64,000 nt of DNA from Desulfobacterales bacterium (GCA_051155755.1 DAXETY010000010.1:9530-73529), one strand, 5' to 3'. Counted from the first letter of the stretch, positions 47,964-58,563 are shown. Notes: generated by a model from the letters alone, not told the origin. Numbers and translations are program-made.

Positions 47964-48410
47964 ATGGTTCCATACCGTTCAGACAACCGGGGCTTTTCAC
48001 TGATCGAGTTGATGGTGGTGATCGTCATACTCGGCATCCTGGCCGCATTCATCGGTCCCAAGCTCATGGGGCGCACCGAACAGGCCAAAGCGGTTCAGAC
48101 CCGGGTTCAAATCGAAAGCCTCGAGACGGCGCTGAAGCTCTACAAACTCGACAATGGATTCTATCCGAGTACCGAACAGGGGCTGCAGGCGCTGGTGGAA
48201 AAACCCGAAACCGGCAATGTCCCCAGAAATTGGCGGGCAGAGGGTTACCTGGAAAAAGGCCAGGTGCCCACAGATGCCTGGAAAAACGATTTTATTTATC
48301 TGGCGCCGGGAACCCACGGTGATTACGACATTACCTCCTACGGCGCCGACGGCGTCCCGGGCGGTGAAGGCGACAACAAAGATATCAACAACTGGGAGCT
48401 CGATTCTTAA
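47964..48410 (+). CDS. gspG: Type II secretion major pseudopilin G
   Basis: RG/FSLIELMVV, YKLDNG.YP.TEQGLQAL, D.W, SYGADG. Confidence 0.96.
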   Translation: MVPYRSDNRGFSLIELMVVIVILGILAAFIGPKLMGRTEQAKAVQTRVQIESLETALKLYKLDNGFYPSTEQGLQALVEKPETGNVPRNWRAEGYLEKGQVPTDAWKNDFIYLAPGTHGDYDITSYGADGVPGGEGDNKDINNWELDS

Positions 48411-48647
48411 TTATCCGGTCTTCATATTTTCTTTGAAAGCGTCCGGGGAAGCGGAGCCAAACGATCGGAACCGGCAACCAGCATCTTGCGCCGGGTGGCG
48501 GCTTGGATCCGGCCGAAATATTCATCCGGGGTGGCTGCTGCGGGCCGAATTCGTAAATCCACCCGGCTCGTTATACCGGTTTGCATGGCCGCAAGCCCCC
48601 ACTGCCGGCAGGGCGAAACACATCGTCCCGCCGATACCTGAAACCCC

Positions 48648-49265
48648 ATGACAGCGAATCTCTTCGATCACCCAGCCCAGCCGTACCGATTTTCCAATAA
48701 ATCCCCAATGGGCTGCAACTGCCGGGATTGGGCTTACGCAGACCTTCGGCCGGTAACTTACCGCCACCGGTCGACCGCCGGATTCACGCTGATTGAAATC
48801 ACCGTGGTGGTGTTTCTGATCGGCATCCTGCTACTGGTCGCCATGCCGCGCCTGCCGGAAGCGCCGCTGACCGATCATACGCGCAAAGCCTCCCGCTGGC
48901 TGGTTTATACTGTCAAAGAACTGAAGCAACGCTCGGTCCGCGAACAAAAAACCTACAGTCTGCAGCTGGACATGGACGCCAATCGGTTCTGGATCATCCG
49001 TGAAGACATGTCGGAAGAAGAGAAATTGGCCGCCGAAGAAGAAGCCTATCGCCCCGGCGACAATGTGCGCATCACCGATGTCGAATTTCCGCAGCGGGAT
49101 CAGGTGACCGTCGGCAGGTCCGAAATCCGTTTCTACCCGAGAGGTTATTCGGATCGGGCCATCATTCATATCGACGACGGCAAGCAGCGCTATTCGTTTC
49201 GTGTCGAACCGTTTTTGTCCAGCGTAAAGATCTATGAAACCTATGTCGGGTATAAAAAGGGATAG
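48648..49265 (+). CDS. gspH: Type II secretion minor pseudopilin H
   Basis: AG/FTLIEI prepilin motif, IRFYPRG; position in operon. Start uncertain. Confidence 0.85.
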   Translation: MTANLFDHPAQPYRFSNKSPMGCNCRDWAYADLRPVTYRHRSTAGFTLIEITVVVFLIGILLLVAMPRLPEAPLTDHTRKASRWLVYTVKELKQRSVREQKTYSLQLDMDANRFWIIREDMSEEEKLAAEEEAYRPGDNVRITDVEFPQRDQVTVGRSEIRFYPRGYSDRAIIHIDDGKQRYSFRVEPFLSSVKIYETYVGYKKG

Positions 49266-49689
49266 GGGCAACGCGATCACGGATGCCGGTTCTTCCGGAA
49301 CCTGCGCCGGCTTTACCCTCCTGGAGATGATGGTGGCCGTGGCGGTCATCTCCATTGTTTTGCTGGCCGTGTATCGTCTGCACTCTCAGACCCTGCTGAT
49401 GAACCAATCGGCTCAGTTTTACAGTCTGGCACCGCTGCTGGCCCAGGAAAAACTGGCCGAGCTGGCGATCGCCGAAGACATCGATCTGCTGGAACAAAAA
49501 GGGGCTTTCGGCGAAAACTACCCCGGCTATGGCTGGGAGTTCAGCACCGAGGTGGTCACCCCCGGATCCCTGAAACACACCGCAGACCGTTTTCGGCGCA
49601 TCGACCTGAAGCTGACCTTTAACCAGGATGAACTATCTTACGACGTCCGCACCTACCGGCTTCAGCAGCCGGAAGACGATGGGCGTTAG
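49234..49689 (+). CDS. gspI: Type II secretion minor pseudopilin I
   Basis: AG/FTLLEMMVAVAV; LA..KLAE; position in operon. Confidence 0.85.
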   Translation: MKPMSGIKRDRGNAITDAGSSGTCAGFTLLEMMVAVAVISIVLLAVYRLHSQTLLMNQSAQFYSLAPLLAQEKLAELAIAEDIDLLEQKGAFGENYPGYGWEFSTEVVTPGSLKHTADRFRRIDLKLTFNQDELSYDVRTYRLQQPEDDGR

Positions 49690-49708
49690 GCAGCCGGGCA
49701 CAGGCGCT

Positions 49709-50425
49709 ATGAATACGGGCTTGAATCGACATCTCCGCACCAATCGCCGGCCGCCGCTCGGTTTTACGCTGCTGGAAATCCTGGTTGCCATGTTCATTTT
49801 CGGCATCGTGGTGACGACCGTTTTCGGTTCTTTTCACGGTGTCTTCGGCAATGTCGAACAGCTCGAAGACAGCATGAACGCCTTCAGTATGGCACGGGAC
49901 AGCTTCGACCGGATCACCGCCGACCTGCGAGCGATCCATGTGACCCCGGCCGTCGCGTTCTCTCCGCCGGCAGAGGCCGACGACCAGGACCTCTTTCGAC
50001 TCACCGGCGAGGCCGACACCGGTGTGGACGGCGACTTCAGCCGCCTGCGCTTCACCTCGCGCGCACATCTGCCGATCGGCGACGATCGCCGCAACGGCAT
50101 CGCCGAGGTGATCTATTACGTCACGCAAGAAACGGACGGCACCCGGGTGCTGCGCCGATCCGACCGCCTGGAGCTTTCCGAAACGGAAGCGCCGAGCGGG
50201 GACGATCCGATTCTGAGTGAACAGGTCCGTGTGTTTCGGATCGGTCTTTACGACGCCGAAGGCGAGGTGCTCGAACGCTGGAATTCGGATTCGGAAGAAT
50301 ATGATTACGCCACGCCGCGGGCGATTCGCGTGGAACTGGAAATCGGCGACGACAGCTACGCCCGGGGGTTCGATACCGTGATATGGCTGCCGCAATACCG
50401 GGAGAAGGTAGAGGCCAACCGCTAA
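49709..50425 (+). CDS. gspJ: Type II secretion minor pseudopilin J
   Basis: LG/FTLLEILVA; DL, V.Y, W.S, P.AIRV.L. Confidence 0.87.
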   Translation: MNTGLNRHLRTNRRPPLGFTLLEILVAMFIFGIVVTTVFGSFHGVFGNVEQLEDSMNAFSMARDSFDRITADLRAIHVTPAVAFSPPAEADDQDLFRLTGEADTGVDGDFSRLRFTSRAHLPIGDDRRNGIAEVIYYVTQETDGTRVLRRSDRLELSETEAPSGDDPILSEQVRVFRIGLYDAEGEVLERWNSDSEEYDYATPRAIRVELEIGDDSYARGFDTVIWLPQYREKVEANR

Positions 50426-50472
50426 CATTTGTAACGGATCGTTGATTGCGTCGTTTGAACCTGCATACCGAC

Positions 50473-51552
50473 ATGAAACCGCTGATGCCGCTGAAAAACC
50501 GGCGCGGGATGGCGCTGTTGATCACACTGACGGTGATCTCGCTGCTGATGATCACCACGGTGGAGCTCAACCGCAGAACCCGCAGTGACGTCCAATCCAC
50601 GGCCATTGCCCGGGATCGCTATATGATATCGGAGATGCTGACATCCGGGGTTCACCTGGCATTGGCGCTGCTGGCCGAAGACCGCAGAGACAGCGAGGCG
50701 GATTCACTCCAGGAGGACTGGGCCGATCCCGATAAAATCCAATCGCTGCTGCAGTCGATTCCCTTCGATCAAGGCGAGATCGCCCTGCAGATCAGCGACG
50801 AACGCAGCCGCGTGCAGGTAAACGCACTTGTTAAATTCCCGGAAGGTCGCGAGTTCAATGAAAACCAGCGCCGGCTCTGGGAGCGCATATTGCGGGTTGC
50901 CATGCTGGCCCATGAGCAGACCGAAGAAACCGATTCGGTCAGCACCATCGTCAACTCCTTGAAAGACTGGATGGATTCGGGGGACGACGACGCCATTACC
51001 GGGCTGACGGGCGCCGAATCGGATTTTTACCAGGATCTGTCACCGCCCTACGGCTGCCGTAACGGAATGTTTACCCACCCGGCCGAAATCCTTCAGGTCC
51101 AGGGAATGACACCGGAGCTGTTTTACGGCGACAAAGAGATCCCCGGTCTGATAGACTATCTGACGGTGATGGGAATGACCGACGACGGCGGCGGACGTTT
51201 TACCTTCGACGGAAGGATCAACATCAATACCGCGCCGCTTCCCGTATTAATGGCGCTGCTGCCGGAGGAAAATCAGGACCTGGCGGTGGCCATCGATGAA
51301 TACCGGCAGGAAAAGGACGGGGAGAACTACGTGCACGATCTGACCAGCCCGACCTGGTATCGCAACGTGCCCGGTGCCGGCGATATTACCATCGACGCGG
51401 ATCTGATCACCACGCGCAGTGATTTTTTCCGCATTGACGTGCAGGCCAAACGCAACGGGATCGAGAACGCCGCAACGGTCTTCATACAGCGGGAGCCCAT
51501 CGGAGAATCCGATCAAATTCGCTGCCGTATCTTGAGCTGGGAACAGGATTGA
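50473..51552 (+). CDS. gspK: Type II secretion minor pseudopilin K
   Basis: RG/MALLITL (no Glu5), D.L.EDW, DW.D.DD, GAES..Y, ININTAP. Confidence 0.92.
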   Translation: MKPLMPLKNRRGMALLITLTVISLLMITTVELNRRTRSDVQSTAIARDRYMISEMLTSGVHLALALLAEDRRDSEADSLQEDWADPDKIQSLLQSIPFDQGEIALQISDERSRVQVNALVKFPEGREFNENQRRLWERILRVAMLAHEQTEETDSVSTIVNSLKDWMDSGDDDAITGLTGAESDFYQDLSPPYGCRNGMFTHPAEILQVQGMTPELFYGDKEIPGLIDYLTVMGMTDDGGGRFTFDGRININTAPLPVLMALLPEENQDLAVAIDEYRQEKDGENYVHDLTSPTWYRNVPGAGDITIDADLITTRSDFFRIDVQAKRNGIENAATVFIQREPIGESDQIRCRILSWEQD

Positions 51553-51561
51553 TGCTATAAT
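51532..51561 (+). promoter_or_regulatory. Putative internal promoter for gspL
   Basis: TTGAGC-18 bp-TATAAT with extended -10 TG. Confidence 0.5.
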
Positions 51562-51609
51562 CGGCATGTTGGCCTTTACCGGGCCGGCCGTGTCGAAGGC
51601 ACAAAGGCT

Positions 51610-53061
51610 ATGGGCAAGAAAATTCTGGGACTGGACATTCAAAATCACGCCGTGGCGGCTGTGATTGTCAACAGCGGTCTGCGCACCAGCCGGATCGAAA
51701 GTTACACCTTTATCCCGTTTGACGATCCCTCCGTCGAAGACGGCGGACTGTCGGCGGCACTGGACATCCTGACGCAACGGCTGGACCTCGGCGGGAGTGT
51801 ATGCGTGGTCTCGCTGCCGCCGGATCGAGCCTCCTTTCGCAATCTGCAGGTGCCGTTCAAACAGGTTAAGAAGATCCGGCAAATCCTGCCGTTTGAACTC
51901 GAGCCGTCGTTGCCGTTTCCGGTGGAAGAGGTTGTGATCGACTTTCATCCGATCCGCAATGACGCGCTCGGCGAGGCCACCGAACTGATCGCCGCCGCAT
52001 ATGAGACCTCCGGCATGCGTTTTTACCTGGAACAACTCTCCGCCCGCCATATCGAACCCCGGATCGTCACCGTCGGTGCCTATGCCGCTGCCATTTGCCT
52101 CTGCCGTCTGGGAAATGTTCCGCCAAACAGTCTGCTTATGGATGTCGGCGATGACAGCAGCACCATGTTCGTTCTGGCCGACGGCCAGCTGCGGCTGGTA
52201 CGCTCGATTCCGTCCGGCAGCCGCAAACCGTTTCGCCCGGAATTGCTGTGCCAGAACATTCAGCGAACCCTGTTTGCCCTGGAGGAGCTGGTCGACCCCG
52301 GCTATCTGCCCGAACAGATGCTGATCACCGGTCCGGCGGTGGGCCGCAACGGTCTGGTGGCCGACATGGGCCAGATGTTGAACATCCCCACCGTTCCGAC
52401 CGATCTGACCCGGGATACGGAAAATCGAATCGATGAATTTCCCGCCGACGCCTGGCGGCCGCATCAGATGAACAACGCCTTGGCCCTGGCATTGCTGGAA
52501 GTGCTGGGCATCAAGGGCCTCAATTTTCGCAGAGGACCGTTCGCCATTCGCAAGCGCTGGGCCGAATACAAACAGAACATCACCGTGGCCGCGATCCTGG
52601 CCGGCGTACTGGTGCTGATGATGCTGACCAACGTGTTTCTCGATTACCGTGCCAGGTCCCAGCGGCTCGAGATGCTGGACCGGCGCATCACGGAAATTTT
52701 TCAGACCACGTTTCCGGAGGTCACCCGGGTGGTGGACCCGGTGCAACAGATGCGGGTCAACATCCAGCAGTTGAAAGGAACGTCTCTGTCGGTCTCCGAT
52801 TCCGGCAATCAGCTGCCGGCCGTGGACATCCTCAACGAAATCAGCCGACGGATTCCGGCCGACGTCGACGTACAGTTTTCCCGTCTGATTCTTGCCGACG
52901 ACAGCGTGGTCATCAGCGGGGACAGCGATACGTTCAATTCGGTGGACACCATCAAAGGCAGCCTGGAATCCTCCGACACTTTCCAGGAGGTCACCATCGT
53001 CTCCACCACCAAGGAAGCCAAAGACAACCGCATCCGGTTCCGGCTGCGCATCAAACTGTAA
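51610..53061 (+). CDS. gspL: Type II secretion protein L (PilM/PilN-like)
   Basis: ILGLDI actin-like N-domain, LPF, LNFRRG.F, single TM, PilN-like C-domain. Confidence 0.88.
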   Translation: MGKKILGLDIQNHAVAAVIVNSGLRTSRIESYTFIPFDDPSVEDGGLSAALDILTQRLDLGGSVCVVSLPPDRASFRNLQVPFKQVKKIRQILPFELEPSLPFPVEEVVIDFHPIRNDALGEATELIAAAYETSGMRFYLEQLSARHIEPRIVTVGAYAAAICLCRLGNVPPNSLLMDVGDDSSTMFVLADGQLRLVRSIPSGSRKPFRPELLCQNIQRTLFALEELVDPGYLPEQMLITGPAVGRNGLVADMGQMLNIPTVPTDLTRDTENRIDEFPADAWRPHQMNNALALALLEVLGIKGLNFRRGPFAIRKRWAEYKQNITVAAILAGVLVLMMLTNVFLDYRARSQRLEMLDRRITEIFQTTFPEVTRVVDPVQQMRVNIQQLKGTSLSVSDSGNQLPAVDILNEISRRIPADVDVQFSRLILADDSVVISGDSDTFNSVDTIKGSLESSDTFQEVTIVSTTKEAKDNRIRFRLRIKL

Positions 53062-53126
53062 CGATGCTTTTATAACCGGCGCACGCCGCCGAACCGTCAC
53101 AGCAGCCATAGAAACGGCGACAAGAC

Positions 53127-53696
53127 ATGAATTGGAATGAAATCCTGAAAAAACTGAAAATCAAGGGAATTCCGCTGACGGTGACCCGGCGCGAGCGATT
53201 GGCTCTGATGGTTGCCGGCGGTGTCATTGCCGCTTTCCTGCTGATCCAGCTGGTGGTGATGCCCCTGATCGAAAAAAACCGCCTGCTCAATCGCCGGTTG
53301 GAGGCCCAGAGCCGGTCGCTGCAGGAAATGGTCGCCCTTCAGGGCGAATACCTGCAGCTGAAGCGTCGCAGTGAAACCGCCCAGGCCGAACTTTCGCGCC
53401 GCAGACCCGGATTTACGCTTTTTTCGTTTCTCGACAGCCTGGCCGGGCAGACCGGGCTCAAGGACCGCATCGCCTACATGAAGCCGTCCACCACGACCCA
53501 GGAAGGCCTGCCGTACAAGATTTCAGTGGTGGAGACCAAGCTGCAGGGAATCACCATGAAGCAGCTCACCGGTTATCTCTACCGGGTGGAAAATTCGGAA
53601 AACAGCGTGCGCATTCGTCGGCTTTCCATCACGAAAGAAGGAAACCAGCAGGGAACCGTCGATGCGGTAATGCTGGTGGAAACCTATGAAATCTGA
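53127..53696 (+). CDS. gspM: Type II secretion protein M
   Basis: RER + TM, coiled coil, ferredoxin-like C-terminus; position in operon. Confidence 0.85.
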   Translation: MNWNEILKKLKIKGIPLTVTRRERLALMVAGGVIAAFLLIQLVVMPLIEKNRLLNRRLEAQSRSLQEMVALQGEYLQLKRRSETAQAELSRRRPGFTLFSFLDSLAGQTGLKDRIAYMKPSTTTQEGLPYKISVVETKLQGITMKQLTGYLYRVENSENSVRIRRLSITKEGNQQGTVDAVMLVETYEI

Positions 53697-53725
53697 ATCG
53701 GCGATGGGGCAATGCCGAAAATTCG

Positions 53726-53754
53726 TTGTGCCGGCCTTCGTCAGCGGCTATAAT
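53726..53754 (+). promoter_or_regulatory. Putative promoter for gspD-gspE
   Basis: TTGTGC-17 bp-TATAAT in the gspM-gspD gap. Confidence 0.5.
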
Positions 53755-53890
53755 CCAAACCGACCGTGCGTCGTTGCGACACGCCAGCGGCGGCGGCAAC
53801 CAATAACCGGGCATCGGTGCCGGGCGTTTGCTGGGAGCACAACAGCGACGGCCGCCGGGTGCTGCAGCGGAAAATTTTGTCGGAAGACAT

Positions 53891-55819
53891 ATGATAAGAC
53901 GGCATAACCAATCAATCCGGATCGCACTGGTGGTGCTGGTGTTGATGTCGCTGGCGGTGTCGGCCCTGGCTCAGAAAGCCGGAACGCCCAAAGTCGGCGA
54001 TCGCTTCGTGACCATCGACTTCAACAACGTCGACATCAATGTATTCATCAAGTTCATCAGTGAACTGACCGGCCGCAACTTCATTGTCGATCAGCGCGTC
54101 CGGGGCAACGTCACCATTATTTCGCCCACGAAAATATCGGTGGACGAAGCTTACAGGGTCTTCGAATCGGTCCTGGAGGTTCACGGCTTTACCACGGTGC
54201 AGGCCGGCAAGGTCACCAAGATTCTGCCCTCGCCGGAGGCCCGCACCCAGAATATCGAAACCTACCTGGAAAGCCGCCGCCTGCCCCCGGAAGACCGGCT
54301 GGTCACCCAGTTGATCCCGCTGACTTACGCCGATCCGGACGAAATCAAGCGACTGTTCACCCCGCTGGTTTCCAAAAGTAGCGTGATCGTGTCCTACGCC
54401 CCCACCAACATGCTGATCGTCACCGACATGCAGTCGAACATCCAGCGGCTGCTGCGGATCATCGATGAAATCGACGTGGCCGGCATCGGTCAGGAAATTA
54501 CGGTCCTGCCTTTGGCGCACGCCGACAGCAACAAGCTGGTCAGCCTGCTGAGCTCGATTTTCCAGGCCGGCCCGCCCAAAAAGGGCGGCACCGACAAGCT
54601 GCTGAAATTTGTGGCCGACGAACGCACCAATTCGCTGATCATCCTGGCCAGCGAGATCGACACCATGCGCATCCGCAGCCTGGTGGACATGCTGGACCGC
54701 GAAACCCCCCGCGGCAAGGAAAAAATCCGGGTCTATTTCCTGGAATACGCCGACGCCGAAGAGCTGGCCAAGGTCCTGCAGCAGGTGCCCTCCAAAGAAG
54801 CCGCCGGGGCCCAGCCCAAGGGCCAGGCGCCGATCGTTTCCGGGAACGTCCAAATCACCGCCGACAAGGCCACCAACAGCCTGGTGATCACGGCCAGCAG
54901 CGAGGACTACCAGGTGCTGGAGGAAATCATCCGCCAGCTCGACATCCCCCGGCCGATGGTTTACATCGAGGCGCTGTTCATGGAGGTCGACGTCAACAAG
55001 GACTTCCGGCTGGGGACCGAGTGGCTGGCCGCCGGCGAGACCGAAATCAGCGGCAGGGACACCTTTTTCGGCGGCGGGTTCCGTCAAAGTGAAGGCAGCA
55101 ACCTGATCGGCCTGGCCACCGACCCGCCGGTGTTCCCGGGCGGCATGTCTTTAGGGGTGTTCACCGAGGCCATCACGATCGCCGGGGTTGAATTCAGCAA
55201 CCTGGCAGCCGTGGTTCAGGCTTTCAAGGAAGACCGGGAAGTGAACATCCTGCAGACGCCTCAGATTCTGACCACCGAAAACCAGGAAGCCAAGATCAAC
55301 GTCAGCACCAACATCCCTTTTCAGACCCGCACCTCCACCTCGGAAAACGAGACCTTCAACTCCTTCGAGTACCGCGACGTGGGCACCATTTTGAGCATCA
55401 CTCCGCACATTACCCGCGAACGCCTGGTGCGGCTCACCCTCGCCCTGGAGGTCTCGGCGGTGGAAGACACCACCGACTTTCGTCCCACCACCCTTAGGCG
55501 CACGGTGGACACCACTGTGATCGTGCGCGACAACGACACGGTGGTGATCGGCGGATTGATCGAGGACCAGACGGCGAGCTCCGAGTTCAAGGTGCCCCTT
55601 CTGGGCGACATCCCGGTCCTGGGCTGGCTGTTCAAGGTCCGCAGCGAGGCCAGTCGCAAAACCAATCTGTACGTCTTTTTGACACCGCGGGTCATTAAAA
55701 ACCCCGAAGAAGCCGAACGCATTTACGGCAGCAAGCGCACCCAGATGGACACCTTCCGGGAGGGCCAGATCAAGCTCTTCGACCCGCAGGCCGCCGAAGA
55801 ACCCAAGCAGGTCGACTGA
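53891..55819 (+). CDS. gspD: Type II secretion secretin D
   Basis: F.NVDI..FI..IS..TG.NF, repeated D..TNSL, KVPLLGDIP.LG.LF. Confidence 0.96.
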   Translation: MIRRHNQSIRIALVVLVLMSLAVSALAQKAGTPKVGDRFVTIDFNNVDINVFIKFISELTGRNFIVDQRVRGNVTIISPTKISVDEAYRVFESVLEVHGFTTVQAGKVTKILPSPEARTQNIETYLESRRLPPEDRLVTQLIPLTYADPDEIKRLFTPLVSKSSVIVSYAPTNMLIVTDMQSNIQRLLRIIDEIDVAGIGQEITVLPLAHADSNKLVSLLSSIFQAGPPKKGGTDKLLKFVADERTNSLIILASEIDTMRIRSLVDMLDRETPRGKEKIRVYFLEYADAEELAKVLQQVPSKEAAGAQPKGQAPIVSGNVQITADKATNSLVITASSEDYQVLEEIIRQLDIPRPMVYIEALFMEVDVNKDFRLGTEWLAAGETEISGRDTFFGGGFRQSEGSNLIGLATDPPVFPGGMSLGVFTEAITIAGVEFSNLAAVVQAFKEDREVNILQTPQILTTENQEAKINVSTNIPFQTRTSTSENETFNSFEYRDVGTILSITPHITRERLVRLTLALEVSAVEDTTDFRPTTLRRTVDTTVIVRDNDTVVIGGLIEDQTASSEFKVPLLGDIPVLGWLFKVRSEASRKTNLYVFLTPRVIKNPEEAERIYGSKRTQMDTFREGQIKLFDPQAAEEPKQVD

Positions 55820-55820
55820 A

Positions 55821-57584
55821 ATGGAAAACCGGCTTTTCCACATTCTGAAAAAAAGCTTCGGCGTTTCGGAAAACGTATATGAAGAAGCCCGACGCATCCA
55901 CCGCGAAAAAGGCGAACGCCTGGGCGAAGTGCTGGTGGGCAAAAGCATCCTGACCGAACACCAGCTTCTGGAAGCCCTCAGTTTCCTGTACGACCTGCCG
56001 GTGTGGCCCGATCTGCCGCTGGACAACATCGATTTCGAGTTCACCCGCCTGGTTCCAATCCATTTCCTGAAGAAATACCGGATGGTCCCGCTGGTGATCA
56101 ACACCTTCGAGCAAAATGCACCGCGATCCGGGTCCGGGGATGGGGTTGCCGAAAATCCCGAATCCACCCGCATCGCTCCCCGTTACGTGATCGCCATGAA
56201 CGATCCGAGCCTGTTTCAACCCCTGGATGACCTGGTGCGCATACTCAAGCTCAAGGAGTACGACGTGGTGCTTTCCACCCGGGAAGCCATCCTGGCGGCC
56301 ATCAACCTGTCATACGACCTGGGCCAGGACTCCGCCGAGGAACTCGTCCAGGGTCTGGAAGAAAGCAGCGGCGAGATCATCGGCGAGCTGGAAGAGTCGG
56401 CCGATTTGCTGGATGACACCAGCGATGCACCGATTATCAAGCTGGTCAACCACATTATCTCCCAGTCCATTAAAGCCCGGGCCAGCGACATCCACGTCGA
56501 GCCGTACCAGGACAGTTTCAAGGTGCGCAACCGCATCGACGGTATTCTCTACGATCTGCTGTCGCCGCCCAAATGGGTCCAGCCGGCGTTGATCTCACGG
56601 CTCAAGGTCATGGCCAAGCTGAACATCGCCGAAAAACGCCTGCCCCAGGACGGCCGCTTCGACGTCAAAATCGGCGCCCAGGAAATCGACGTGCGCGTAT
56701 CGACGATACCGACCGCCTTCGGCGAACGGGTCGTTCTGCGCTTGCTCAACAAGACCAGCTCCGTGTTCGAGTTGTCCGAACTGGGCCTGGCGCCGGAACG
56801 GCTGAATCAGCTCAAAGAACTGGTGCACACCCCTAACGGCATCATCCTGGTGACCGGTCCCACCGGCAGTGGAAAAACCACCACCCTGTATGCGGTGCTG
56901 CAGTCCATCAACAAACCGGACATCAACATCATCACGGTGGAAGATCCCATCGAATACCAGATCAAGGGCATCAGCCAGATTCAGGTCAACCCGAAGATCG
57001 AGCTGACCTTCGCCCGCGGCTTGCGCTCCATCGTGCGTCAGGATCCCGATGTCATCCTGATCGGAGAAATCCGGGACAAGGAGACCGCCGATATCGCCGT
57101 GCAATCGGCCCTTACCGGGCACCTGGTGTTCTCCACCCTGCACACCAACGATTCGGCCAGCGCCGTCACCCGCCTGGTGGACATCGGTGTGGAACCGTTT
57201 CTGCTCTCCTCATCTCTGACCGCGATCGTCGCCCAGCGATTGGTGAGGATGCTTTGCAACGAGTGCAAGGAACGCTATCGCCCCGACGATCTGGCCCTGC
57301 AAAGCGTCGGCATCGATCCGGCCCGTTTCGGCAACCGCACCCTCTACCGTATCCGCGGCTGCGAAAACTGCTTCCACACCGGTTACCGGGGCCGCTCGGC
57401 CATATTCGAAATACTGGTGATGGACGAACGTTTAAAAAGCCTGATTTTGAAAACCTACGACTCCAACAAGATCAAGAAGCGCGCGGTGGAAAACAACATG
57501 ATCACCTTGCGCCAGGACGGGGTTCAGAAGCTGATCGAAGGCAAGACGACCATCGAGGAAGTGTTCCGGGTGACGCAATTGTAG
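55821..57584 (+). CDS. gspE: Type II secretion ATPase E
   Basis: ASDIH.EP, AEKRLPQDGR, GPTGSGKTT, RQDPD.I..GEIRD, TGHLVFSTLH, C4 motif. Confidence 0.96.
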   Translation: MENRLFHILKKSFGVSENVYEEARRIHREKGERLGEVLVGKSILTEHQLLEALSFLYDLPVWPDLPLDNIDFEFTRLVPIHFLKKYRMVPLVINTFEQNAPRSGSGDGVAENPESTRIAPRYVIAMNDPSLFQPLDDLVRILKLKEYDVVLSTREAILAAINLSYDLGQDSAEELVQGLEESSGEIIGELEESADLLDDTSDAPIIKLVNHIISQSIKARASDIHVEPYQDSFKVRNRIDGILYDLLSPPKWVQPALISRLKVMAKLNIAEKRLPQDGRFDVKIGAQEIDVRVSTIPTAFGERVVLRLLNKTSSVFELSELGLAPERLNQLKELVHTPNGIILVTGPTGSGKTTTLYAVLQSINKPDINIITVEDPIEYQIKGISQIQVNPKIELTFARGLRSIVRQDPDVILIGEIRDKETADIAVQSALTGHLVFSTLHTNDSASAVTRLVDIGVEPFLLSSSLTAIVAQRLVRMLCNECKERYRPDDLALQSVGIDPARFGNRTLYRIRGCENCFHTGYRGRSAIFEILVMDERLKSLILKTYDSNKIKKRAVENNMITLRQDGVQKLIEGKTTIEEVFRVTQL

Positions 57585-57650
57585 CGGAGGACGCTGGCTT
57601 TCATCGGGAAGGAAGTGCTGATTCGAACGCATTGCCCGTTGATGAGATTG

Positions 57651-57924
57651 AAACGGCGAAGCGGGATAACGGCGAAACGGCGAAAAAATCGGTTTCATCG
57701 GCCGATTGGTTTCATCGAGGACGCCAGGATGCTTATTTGGCTGGTAAGTTACACGTGCCTGAATAGAGTGTTTCAAATTTTTCCGTCACGCCGCTTCGCC
57801 CTTTCACCGACTCGTCGTCTCGCCCCCTCGCCGTATCGCCCCGTCACCCTTTCTCCGTTACGCTGTCACGCCCTTTCGCCACCGCGCCGTCTCGCCGTCT
57901 CGCCCGATCGACCCGTCGCCGATT
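57651..57924. repeat. Inverted arrays of degenerate 8-nt tandem repeats
   Basis: 4 units of about AAACGGCG (57651-57682) and 18 in-register units of about CGCCGTNT (57781-57924). Confidence 0.85.
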
Positions 57925-57983
57925 CAAGTGGATAACGGTCAAGATACCTTAAAAAAGAACACCCTCCATCAACCGCAGTGTTG

Positions 57984-58469
57984 CTAATCTAAATCGCGCA
58001 CCGGCAATGCCCGATAGCCGCGATGGTGGGCCATGCGCACCGTGTAGTGATAGACGTTGTCGAAATTGAAAATCCGCGCAACGGGGGCAATGGGATCGGT
58101 CTCGGAAGTCCACACCCAACCGCAGCTGAGACGGATGACCGGTACGATCTGCACCCACTGACCGCAGTCGGTTTCGTAGCCCCGATAATCGGGCTTATCG
58201 GATACCAGACTCTGGAGTTCTTCCAGTGTGGGCAGGCGCCAGTTGTCATAGGTTGCCGTCAGCGTGTCGGGGAAGGTGTATTTGACCCAGCGCTGTGCCT
58301 GCCGCCAGTTGATGTCGCCCTGGTTGTCGAATTTGGACCACATCACTCCCAGTTGCCGGTCGGTCACCGTGTCGTCGCCGTTGTCGACAAACCGCTGCTG
58401 GGACGCGGCCGGAAACGCCCAGATCAGAGCGAAAACCAACATTGCAGACGCCGCAAAAGGCTTCATCAT
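57984..58469 (-). CDS. Secreted DUF1566 (Lcl C-terminal-like) protein
   Basis: Signal peptide, RF.DNGD.TVTD...G.MW, WRLPT.EEL.SL, WTS, VR. Confidence 0.9.
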   Translation of the reverse strand: MMKPFAASAMLVFALIWAFPAASQQRFVDNGDDTVTDRQLGVMWSKFDNQGDINWRQAQRWVKYTFPDTLTATYDNWRLPTLEELQSLVSDKPDYRGYETDCGQWVQIVPVIRLSCGWVWTSETDPIAPVARIFNFDNVYHYTVRMAHHRGYRALPVRDLD

Positions 58470-58563
58470 GTTCGGCCTCCCTTCCTAAGCGGTGCACGGT
58501 TCAAAAATGAAAGCGACCGAGGGGCCGCCCGGACAACCGGGAAGCTCGCCGGCCTGGCTGCCA

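Noticed and set aside
57651..57924. CRISPR array
   Set aside because: Contiguous 8-nt units without unique spacers; no cas genes
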